This document shows, in pieces, positions 9,095 to 16,241 of a stretch of DNA of 37,609 bases. How positions within the stretch are numbered: position 1 is the first letter of the stretch; each line of letters opens with the position of its first letter. Under the pieces are notes generated by a model. That model did no database searches. It was not told the origin of the DNA and worked only from the letters and a program-made list of their open reading frames with translations. Both the position numbers and the translations under genes were made by a program. This DNA comes from Bacteroidales bacterium (GTDB lineage Bacteria > Bacteroidota > Bacteroidia > Bacteroidales > UBA7960). The stretch lies in assembly GCA_007122505.1 (NCBI GenBank), contig SKTQ01000063.1, positions 1 through 37,609 on the forward strand, in the 5' to 3' direction.

Positions 9095-10156
9095 ATGACA
9101 ATTGAGGATTTACGAAACAGAGGAATGATAATACTTGAATGTATTAGTGGAAGTAAAGCATACGGATTAGATACACCGACTTCTGACACTGACATTAAAG
9201 GAGTTTTTATTCTGCCGAAAGCGGAATATTATGGATTGGACTATACTCCTCAGGTGAATAATGAAACAAACAATGTTACATTTTATGAGCTTGGAAGGTT
9301 CATGGAGTTGCTTTCGCTAAACAATCCAAACATTTTGGAATTACTCAACACACCAGAGAATGCCATAATCTATAAGCATCCCTATCTGTCTGAAATTAAA
9401 CCTGAATTGATTTTATCCAAACTTTGCAGTAAAACTTTCGGAAAATTTGCATTATCACAGATTAAAAAAGCGAAAGGGCTAAAAAAGAAGATTGTAAATC
9501 CTGTTGCAAAAGAGCGGAAAAGTGTATTGGCATTTTGTTTTGTTAATTACGAACAAGGAGCGATTCCACTTGAAAAATATTTGGAAATTAAGGGCTGGAA
9601 TCAAGAAAATTGCGGATTAGTGAATATCCCATACATGAAAGATGTTTACGGATTATACTATTCTGAAGGTCTTGGATTCAGTGGAATAATGAAAAGTAAA
9701 GACTCAAATGATGTTTGTTTAAGTTCAATACCAAAAGGAACTAAGCAAGAATCTCTGCTGTATTTTAATCGGGACGGCTACTCGACATATTGCAAGGAAC
9801 ATCGTGAATATTGGGATTGGGTTGGTAAACGAAACGATGAAAGATATGTAAACACTAAAAGTCACGGAAAGAATTATGATGCTAAAAATATGATGCATGT
9901 ATTCAGACTTTTAGAAATGGCTATCGAAATCGGGAAAGAGAAAAAAGTCAATGTAAAAAGACCAAATCGGGATTTTTTATTTGAAATAAAATCAGGTAAA
10001 TTCGAATACGAGGAATTGTTAAAAATGGCTGACATTAAACAGGAGGAAATGGAATTAGCATTTGAAAATTCAGAATTACCAAACGAACCTGATTTGGCAA
10101 CGATAAACAATTTAACTTATAGATTGAGAGATAGATTTTATAAAGACAAAGAATAA
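9095..10156 (+). CDS. Pol-beta-superfamily nucleotidyltransferase, paralogue 2, with a ~240-aa C-terminal extension
   Basis: 353 aa. NTase signature ISGSKAYGLDTPTSDTDI (GS ... DxD), followed by FYELG and the NPNILELLNTP helix, colinear with paralogue 1. It starts 3 nt after the upstream stop. Confidence 0.7.
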   Translation: MTIEDLRNRGMIILECISGSKAYGLDTPTSDTDIKGVFILPKAEYYGLDYTPQVNNETNNVTFYELGRFMELLSLNNPNILELLNTPENAIIYKHPYLSEIKPELILSKLCSKTFGKFALSQIKKAKGLKKKIVNPVAKERKSVLAFCFVNYEQGAIPLEKYLEIKGWNQENCGLVNIPYMKDVYGLYYSEGLGFSGIMKSKDSNDVCLSSIPKGTKQESLLYFNRDGYSTYCKEHREYWDWVGKRNDERYVNTKSHGKNYDAKNMMHVFRLLEMAIEIGKEKKVNVKRPNRDFLFEIKSGKFEYEELLKMADIKQEEMELAFENSELPNEPDLATINNLTYRLRDRFYKDKE

Positions 10157-10296
10157 ACAACGAAATACCAACATCATGTGTAATGCATTGGAATTTAGTT
10201 GTTTGTGTGAAATATTCTGCCCCGAATCGGCTTTTGCAACGGCAGACAGACAAGAAGCCCGCATACCCCAACGTTTCATACATTTGACCGTTGGGC

Positions 10297-10368
10297 CCAA
10301 GCGAAAAAACGCACCCTTTCATTAGCCAAATTAACTGATTTTTTTTATTGTATGACCAAGCGAAAAAC
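10297..10368 (+). repeat. 12-nt direct repeat in a non-coding spacer
   Basis: ccaagcgaaaaa occurs at 10297-10308 and again at 10356-10367. Confidence 0.6.
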
Positions 10369-10395
10369 AATAATTATTAAGAAAAAGTATCAGAC

Positions 10396-10534
10396 CTCCT
10401 GATCCTGCCACTGAATATCAATTAGCTAAAACTCTTGTGGTAAAAAAAACAGCCACAAAGCGCTGCACTGAGTTTGTCGAAGTGGCACAAAGGATACAAA
10501 AAATGCGACACCAAGAACTGCAACAGATCAGGAG
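10396..10534. repeat. 9-bp inverted repeat bracketing ~120 nt of spacer
   Basis: ctcctgatc at 10396-10404 and gatcaggag at 10526-10534. Internally there is a 6-bp stem, ttgtgg (10435-10440) / ccacaa (10453-10458), and a ctgagtttgtcgaagtggc motif. Confidence 0.5.
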
Positions 10535-10595
10535 TTCAGAAGTATAGAATTACACCCCTGTTTGAGAATATTCACAAAGAAGGAATTAGGCTGAA

Positions 10596-10700
10596 ATGAC
10601 AGGAACAACAAAAGATTTAATTAACTATCGAATTGAGAGGGCAAAGGAAACTCTGGAAGACGCTAAACTATTGACCGAAAAACAGCTGTGGAATTCTACC
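10596..10700 (+). pseudogene. Truncated 5' fragment of a HEPN-domain (HEPN/MNT toxin-type) gene
   Basis: The first ~35 codons (MTGTTKDLINYRIERAKETLEDAKLLTEKQLWNSTI) match the characteristic N-terminus of small HEPN proteins (..Y R.. RAKETLEEAKLL.. ). Resemblance stops at about 10700, where the reading frame runs antisense into the next gene. There is no RxxxxH region. Confidence 0.5.
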
Positions 10701-10702
10701 AT

Positions 10703-10927
10703 TTACATCCCGGCAATGCCCTGTGTATTTTCCTTCAAATCCTTATTGCTTTCACAGTCTTCCGGGATACCGGAGGCACAGGAGCACGGTTTTTGCTTTC
10801 CTGAATCCGGATCGTAAGTGCTTGTACAAGACTTTGTAAAGGTTTCACCGGGCTTAATGAACATTTTAATGGCAATGCCTCCTATGGCAAGTGCCAGCAG
10901 TATAACGGCTAAAATAATGGCTTCCAT
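10703..10927 (-). CDS. Small single-pass Cys-rich membrane protein (NqrM/DUF539-like or FeoB-associated Cys-rich type)
   Basis: 74 aa. N-terminal TM helix (MEAIILAVILLALAIGGIAIKMF) followed by a four-Cys pattern C-x13-CxC-x7-C. Architecture and size resemble NqrM. Confidence 0.5.
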   Translation of the reverse strand: MEAIILAVILLALAIGGIAIKMFIKPGETFTKSCTSTYDPDSGKQKPCSCASGIPEDCESNKDLKENTQGIAGM

Positions 10928-11053
10928 AGCTTAATGTGCTTTTTCTTTGTTTTTTTGATGATGATGATTTATTGCAAAGAAATACGTCTCTGCATCTTAA
11001 AAAAAAACCAACAATCAAATACTGAATAAATAACAAACAACCGGGCTGAATGT

Positions 11054-11833
11054 TCAGGTTGCGGCCGTTTTGCTGCGTATGCAAGCCATCAGGATGCCTG
11101 CGGCCATGGCGGCGTTCAGCGATTCAGCCACTTCAAATTGCTGACTCTCTTTTCCGGAAGGAATCGATATTTTTTTTTGGGCCGCTTTCAATATTTTTTC
11201 TGACAATCCTTTGGACTCATTACCGATCACGATAGCCGCCGGCAAGGTAAAAGACATATTGTGGAGGCTCTCTCCACCGGTTGAAGCTGCATATACAGGA
11301 ATTTGACTGCTGTTATTCTTGATAAAAGTCAGGATATCGGTGTAATACAAACGGGTTCGCAAAAATGACCCCATGCTTGCCTGGATAACCTTTGGGTTAT
11401 ACAAGTCGGCAGTATCGGGCGAGCAAAATATATGCCGCACACCAAACCAATCGGCGGTGCGTATGATGGTTCCCAGGTTGCCGGGATCCTGCAAATTTTC
11501 TAGAATAAGAATCAGATCATCTTTTGCAAAGGCCGCAGGTGGGGTGTGCTGAGGCTTATTAACCACTGCCAGCACCCGGTTTGGGCTTTTAAGGCTGCTG
11601 ATCCGCTCAAGCTGCTTTGGACTGACCGTTACTTTGTCCACATTTTCAGGAATGTGTGCTTCCATCTCCTCTATCCAGTCAACTGTGGCGTAAACCGATA
11701 CAACATCTGCAAAATCCGAAGCGATCAGCTCCTGTACGATCTTTTCTCCTTCAGCAACAAACTGATGGTGCCGGTCGCGGAACTTTTTCATTTGCAGCGA
11801 CCTGATGTGCTTTAGCTGGGTTGTTGTGATCAT
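11054..11833 (-). CDS. TrmH/SpoU-family RNA 2'-O-methyltransferase
   Basis: 259 aa. SpoU-type motifs (LENLQDPGNLGTIIRTA, IVIGNESKGLS, SLNAAMAAGILM) and an N-terminal substrate-binding domain. Confidence 0.85.
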   Translation of the reverse strand: MITTTQLKHIRSLQMKKFRDRHHQFVAEGEKIVQELIASDFADVVSVYATVDWIEEMEAHIPENVDKVTVSPKQLERISSLKSPNRVLAVVNKPQHTPPAAFAKDDLILILENLQDPGNLGTIIRTADWFGVRHIFCSPDTADLYNPKVIQASMGSFLRTRLYYTDILTFIKNNSSQIPVYAASTGGESLHNMSFTLPAAIVIGNESKGLSEKILKAAQKKISIPSGKESQQFEVAESLNAAMAAGILMACIRSKTAAT

Positions 11834-11910
11834 ATGTTTATTAAAGCACCGAAGTTAAGAACAATATTGGTATTGAAGTCCGTTTCATCATTTACCTGCA
11901 GGCCTGAAAC

Positions 11911-11944
11911 AAAAAAACCTGTCATATAAGCGACAGGTTTTTTT
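11911..11944 (-). terminator. Rho-independent terminator after rplI
   Basis: Stem cctgtc / gacagg (11918-11923 and 11932-11937), flanked by A7 and T7, so a T-run follows on the minus strand. Confidence 0.7.
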
Positions 11945-11961
11945 ATAGAGCCTATGAATAA

Positions 11962-12411
11962 CTATTCACCAAAAACCTCGAATTTCAGTTCCGGGCGTAC
12001 TTCCTTGTGCAAATTGATTTTTGCAGAATATATGCCCACTTCCTTGATGGCATCACCGTCGAGCATGATTTTCTTACGGTCAATTTCAAGGCCGAATTGT
12101 TCTTTAATGGCTTCCGCAATTTGCAATGCATTTACAGAACCGAAGATTTTTCCGGATGTACCCACTTTGGCGGCAATCCGAACTTCGATATCCTGCAGTT
12201 TTTCGGCCATTTTTTCCGCTTCCTTCCGGACCTTTTCTTCCTTGAACTCACGCTGCCGGATGGTTTCGGCCAGCTTCTTCTTTTCAGAAGGGATGGCAAT
12301 GATGGCTAAGCCTTTTGGAATAAGATAGTTGGTGGCGTAACCGTCTTTCACGGTAACCAGATCGTCTTTGAACCCCAGGTTGGGAACGTCTTGTTTTAAA
12401 ATGATTTCCAT
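11962..12411 (-). CDS. rplI: 50S ribosomal protein L9
   Basis: 149 aa. MEIILKQDVPNLGFKDDLVTVKDGYATNYLIPKGLA is a canonical L9 N-terminus. Last gene of rpsF-rpsR-rplI. Confidence 0.95.
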   Translation of the reverse strand: MEIILKQDVPNLGFKDDLVTVKDGYATNYLIPKGLAIIAIPSEKKKLAETIRQREFKEEKVRKEAEKMAEKLQDIEVRIAAKVGTSGKIFGSVNALQIAEAIKEQFGLEIDRKKIMLDGDAIKEVGIYSAKINLHKEVRPELKFEVFGE

Positions 12412-12423
12412 TATTGTACCTCC

Positions 12424-12696
12424 CTATTTTAAAAGATCCGCTACATAAGGCATAATGGCCAGATGACGAGCCCTTTTAATGGCTTTGGCCACTTTGCGCT
12501 GATACTTTACCGATGTTCCGGTGATCCTTCTGGGAAGGATCTTGCCCTGCTCGTTTACAAACTTCAGCAGGAAATTGGCATCCTTGTAGTCAATATATTT
12601 GATGCCCGCCTTCTTGAAGCGGCAGTATTTTTTCTTTTTGATATCCACAGCAATGGGTGCCAGGTATCTTATTTCTGAATTCTGTTGTACAGCCAT
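12424..12696 (-). CDS. rpsR: 30S ribosomal protein S18
   Basis: 90 aa. The YIDYKD...[25 protein letters not shown]...AIKRAR motifs are typical of S18. Confidence 0.95.
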   Translation of the reverse strand: MAVQQNSEIRYLAPIAVDIKKKKYCRFKKAGIKYIDYKDANFLLKFVNEQGKILPRRITGTSVKYQRKVAKAIKRARHLAIMPYVADLLK

Positions 12697-12723
12697 GTTT
12701 CAATGTTTTTTAGGTACTACCTT

Positions 12724-13089
12724 TTAGTTTTCTTTTTCTCCTTCTGTTTCCTTAACGGCTTCCTTTTCACGCCGTTTTTTCTCGTTGTAGGCAACGGCGT
12801 GCTTGTCCAACGCTACAGTGAGAAAACGTATCACTTTCTCGTCACGCTTCATCTCCAGCTCAAGGTCTTTCACCAGCTGGGTGTCGGCTTTGAACTCTAT
12901 CAGGTGATAAAAACCGGTGGATTTTTTTTGGATCGGATAGGCCATTTTGCGCAAGCCCCAATGGTCCTCATACACAATCTCTGCCCCCTTGTTTTTCAGG
13001 TAGTCCTGAAACTTACTTACCGTTTCCTTCATCTGTTCATCAGACAAAACGGGAGTCATAATGAAAACGGTTTCGTACTGTCTTACCAT
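12724..13089 (-). CDS. rpsF: 30S ribosomal protein S6
   Basis: The canonical S6 N-terminus [13 protein letters not shown] begins at the internal ATG at 13089. The track's upstream extension to 13140 is probably not translated. Confidence 0.9.
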   Translation of the reverse strand: MVRQYETVFIMTPVLSDEQMKETVSKFQDYLKNKGAEIVYEDHWGLRKMAYPIQKKSTGFYHLIEFKADTQLVKDLELEMKRDEKVIRFLTVALDKHAVAYNEKKRREKEAVKETEGEKEN

Positions 13090-13255
13090 TTTGATTTGTT
13101 TAATGTGTTTGTAATGATTTTCAATTATCCGTTTTAACATGCATTATTCATGCTTTTAATTTAGGTCAGATGCAAGGCGTCGAAAGCCGCTGACATAGTA
13201 TTCTATTTCAAGGCTTTCGCAACGAAGCAGATGGCCTGAAGTAAAAGCACTTGAA
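13090..13255 (-). promoter_or_regulatory. Candidate structured 5' leader of the rpsF operon
   Basis: On the minus strand, an 8-bp stem cgaaagcc (13214-13221 on the plus axis) / ggctttcg (13181-13188) with a ~25-nt loop lies 90-130 nt upstream of the rpsF ATG. A near-consensus -7 box, tcaatttg, lies just upstream. A leader RNA that binds S6:S18 is known in many phyla. Confidence 0.3.
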
Positions 13256-13468
13256 AAAAGGAAACAAATTGAGTTTTTGCAATTTTTTGATCTTATTATT
13301 CATTTATTCAGGTTAATACAACAATTTGTTTGCTTTTTGTGAATAATGCAGGCTATAAAACGAGGTGCAAAGGTAATCAAAAATTTTAAATCAAAGCACT
13401 GAAAATTGGATATTTCATCAGCATGCCGGAAGTAAAAAATATCTGAAAAAAGAAAAGCGAAAGCAGGA

Positions 13469-15070
13469 TCATTCTTTGCCTTCAACCTTCCGGTAAGGTA
13501 CAATGCGATAATAATCGGAGGGATAGATGCCCGCGGAGATAAGTATTTGTCTCAGTGTAAATTGCACATTCAATTGTTTTACCGTACCCAGACTGTCCAG
13601 GTCGAAGGTGACAAATTTTTCGCGCATGGACCGGTTTCGCCAGTGGGCACGGAAGGTGTCAAAATGCCAGTGTTCAAGGTCTGCAATCATCTCTTCATCA
13701 TTCCATAGTTGCATCACCAGGTGCCCATCCTCATGGAGTCTGATTTCAGCATTGTCATAAACCTGGTGTTTATAGTTACCTGCATATGCTTCCAGCGGCA
13801 GGGAAGGTGAGGTGCCTGATTGTCTTTGATCTTCAATGGCCTGCCGACTTTCCAGGGTTTCAGTTTTCAGTGTGGTGAATTGGTCAAAATAGTATGCATG
13901 CCAGTCTTTTGCCTCCTCAGTCTCAAGAATGGCATCCAGGATGGTATAGATCACCGCTGGTCTGAAACTACAGTACAGGTTGCTGGCCACAATGATTCCC
14001 AGGTCTTTTTCGGGCATGAGTAACAAAAAAGAGGTCATGCCGTCGGTGGCTCCGCTGTGTTGCGATACCCTGTAACCCTTGTATTCCCTGAGCCCCCATC
14101 CAAGGCCGTATCCTGTCAGCGGATCACGCAGGGGGTCATCAATGGGGAATACCTGGTGGGGCTGGTGGGTTTCAAGAATATTTTCCTTGCTGATCAGTTG
14201 TTGTCCATTGTAGGTTCCCGGTTCGCCCAGATGCAAAAGCATCCAGCGGGCCATATCGGTCACCGATGCATTTACCGAAGCGGCGGGACCCACATTGTCA
14301 AAATTGCGGCGGGGTATCACCACAACCTCACCGAATATTTCCTGGTGAGGCCATGCGGCATTGTCCAGGTTATCCAGCTGATTTATGGATGTGCTTGCCG
14401 TGGTCATCTGCAGTGGCAAAAACAATCGTTCGCTCATGAAGTCATCCCAGCTCGACCCTGAAACGGCTTCAATGATCTGTCCGGCAACCATATACATGAT
14501 GTTGCTGTACACATAACCTGCACGGAAGGTTTGTTCAAATGGCATATGCCTGACAAAGTCCATGATGGTTTCCGGGTCCCGGCCGGGCATAAAACGTAAC
14601 CTGTTTCCTGTCAGCCGTCCAATGCCCACCCGGTGTGATAACAGATCGCGCACGGTAATATGCTCGCTAACCCAGGGATCCGATAGTGTAAACCATGGCA
14701 AATGGTCACGAACCCTGTCGTCCCAAGCCATTTTGCCTTCGTCAACCAGCATCGCTATGGCGGCGGTTGTCATGGCTTTGGTAAGGGATGCCATCCCGAA
14801 AACCGTACGTTCATCAACCGCTTCACCGGAACCCAGTTTTCGCTCGCCAAATCCTTTAGCATATACCAGTTCTCCTTCCATTACAACAGCGACAGCCATA
14901 CCGGGAATACCATAATCGGCCATTCCGCGCTCCATGAAAGCAGGCAGGCCGGCAAGCTTTTGCTGTACAAATTCTTGAAGGTTTTCATGGTTCTCTCCAT
15001 ATGCCGCTGCCGGGGGAAATAATCCCAATAACAAAATCAGGAGAAAAAATGCGCTTGTTTTTTGCTGCAT
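13469..15070 (-). CDS. Secreted serine hydrolase, class-C beta-lactamase/PBP-like family with a C-terminal extra domain
   Basis: 533 aa. Signal peptide, SxxK motif (ASLTKAMT), YxN motif (YVYSNIMY), and a ~130-aa C-terminal lipocalin-like tail, as in DUF3471-containing hydrolases. Confidence 0.85.
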   Translation of the reverse strand: MQQKTSAFFLLILLLGLFPPAAAYGENHENLQEFVQQKLAGLPAFMERGMADYGIPGMAVAVVMEGELVYAKGFGERKLGSGEAVDERTVFGMASLTKAMTTAAIAMLVDEGKMAWDDRVRDHLPWFTLSDPWVSEHITVRDLLSHRVGIGRLTGNRLRFMPGRDPETIMDFVRHMPFEQTFRAGYVYSNIMYMVAGQIIEAVSGSSWDDFMSERLFLPLQMTTASTSINQLDNLDNAAWPHQEIFGEVVVIPRRNFDNVGPAASVNASVTDMARWMLLHLGEPGTYNGQQLISKENILETHQPHQVFPIDDPLRDPLTGYGLGWGLREYKGYRVSQHSGATDGMTSFLLLMPEKDLGIIVASNLYCSFRPAVIYTILDAILETEEAKDWHAYYFDQFTTLKTETLESRQAIEDQRQSGTSPSLPLEAYAGNYKHQVYDNAEIRLHEDGHLVMQLWNDEEMIADLEHWHFDTFRAHWRNRSMREKFVTFDLDSLGTVKQLNVQFTLRQILISAGIYPSDYYRIVPYRKVEGKE

Positions 15071-15120
15071 GACTTAAATATTTTGACATTGTAAAAGTAA
15101 TGCCGGTTATCCATAATTGC

Positions 15121-15144
15121 AAAACCATGCAGGTTAAACTGCAT
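15121..15144 (-). terminator. Weak terminator-like hairpin after the desulfhydrase-family gene
   Basis: Minus strand reads atgcag-tttaac-ctgcat followed by ggtttt. The stem is only 6 bp. Confidence 0.3.
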
Positions 15145-15158
15145 CAAATAATATTAGA

Positions 15159-16139
15159 TTAAATCAATGCGGCAGCATATTGAAATGTGGCCGGAAGTCC
15201 GCCGGTATGCCAAAAAAGGATATTGGTATCCGGATGTATCAGTTGGTTTTGGGTCTGGTGCATCAATGCGTAAAATGCACGCCCGGTATATACAGGATCA
15301 AGCAATATTCCTTCCGAGCCGGCCAGTGCAAGTATGGCTTTTTTTTCATGGTCGGTGAGTACTCCATAGCCCGGTTTTTCATAACCCTCCAGCAGCTTCA
15401 AATCGTTCTCGTCCACCTCGGTATGCAAACCGAAACGTTCCCGGGCTTCATAGATAATACTGCTGACCATTTCTCCCGGGCTTTTACCCCCGGTTGGTTC
15501 TTTGTCGATGCGCACCGGCATAAGCCCGGACGGCAAGCCATACATCGCTTTCCCCATGGCAATTCCGGCCTGCATACCCCCTGAGCTCGACGCAAAGAAA
15601 ATATAATCAATCTTCAGGTTGAGTGTTTTCAATTGCTGCTGTAGCTCCTGGGTTGCTTCCACGTAGCCCAGCGCCCCTGTGGCATTGGAGCCCCCATAGG
15701 GGATAAGATAAGGGCGTTTTCCGGTTGATCGCAACTTTTCAACCAGCAATTCCGCATCCTCTCCCTTACGCTTTTCACCGGTATAGTGAATATGGGCACC
15801 AAATAAGCTGGAAAGCAACAAATTCCCGCTTTTTACCTTTGGCTCTGTCCCTCCGAGCATCAGGTGGCACTCCAGCCCTGCCATGGCGCAGGCCGCGGCA
15901 GTTTGCCGGCAATGATTGGATTGTTGCGCCCCGGATGCGACTACCGTATCAGCACCCTGCTGAAAAGCCTCTCCAACAAGATATTCAAGCTTTCGGGTCT
16001 TGTTTCCCCCGGAAGCCAGCCCCGTATGATCGTCTCTTTTGATAAACACCCGGTAGCCGGATGTATATTTTCTGGAAAAATGCCTGAGTTCATGGAGCGG
16101 GGTCGGCAGGAATCCCAGGGGATATTTTTTTATTTTCAT
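15159..16139 (-). CDS. PLP-dependent D-cysteine desulfhydrase / ACC deaminase family enzyme
   Basis: Family motif with the PLP lysine, GGNKTRKLEYL. The N-terminus MKIKKYPLGFLPTPLHEL aligns with family starts, so the ATG at 16139 is preferred. In-frame alternatives exist at 16172 and 16217. Confidence 0.8.
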   Translation of the reverse strand: MKIKKYPLGFLPTPLHELRHFSRKYTSGYRVFIKRDDHTGLASGGNKTRKLEYLVGEAFQQGADTVVASGAQQSNHCRQTAAACAMAGLECHLMLGGTEPKVKSGNLLLSSLFGAHIHYTGEKRKGEDAELLVEKLRSTGKRPYLIPYGGSNATGALGYVEATQELQQQLKTLNLKIDYIFFASSSGGMQAGIAMGKAMYGLPSGLMPVRIDKEPTGGKSPGEMVSSIIYEARERFGLHTEVDENDLKLLEGYEKPGYGVLTDHEKKAILALAGSEGILLDPVYTGRAFYALMHQTQNQLIHPDTNILFWHTGGLPATFQYAAALI

Positions 16140-16241
16140 TTTGATTTGATGATTGAGTTGCTTGTCAGCCATTTTTTTGATTAGGGATTCATGCAGGCAT
16201 ATTGGCAAACAGATCATCCCGTATATGGCAACTGTCTGATT

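Noticed and set aside
10035-10370. Minus-strand ORFs of 111 aa and 62 aa overlapping the end of the second NTase gene and the spacer.
   Set aside because: They are antisense to or overlap a supported CDS, have no motifs, and straddle a sharp composition change.
8229-10592. ggaatta(a)gg at about 8231-8241 and about 10581-10590 as a possible target-site duplication flanking the AT-rich islet.
   Set aside because: It is only 7-8 matching bases with an indel in AT-rich DNA, which fits chance. No integrase or transposase supports a mobile-element boundary.
13300-13503. 67-aa minus-strand ORF in the rpsF-hydrolase intergenic region.
   Set aside because: It overlaps the 3' end of the hydrolase gene and is AT-rich, with no motif or promoter context. 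It is most likely a chance ORF.
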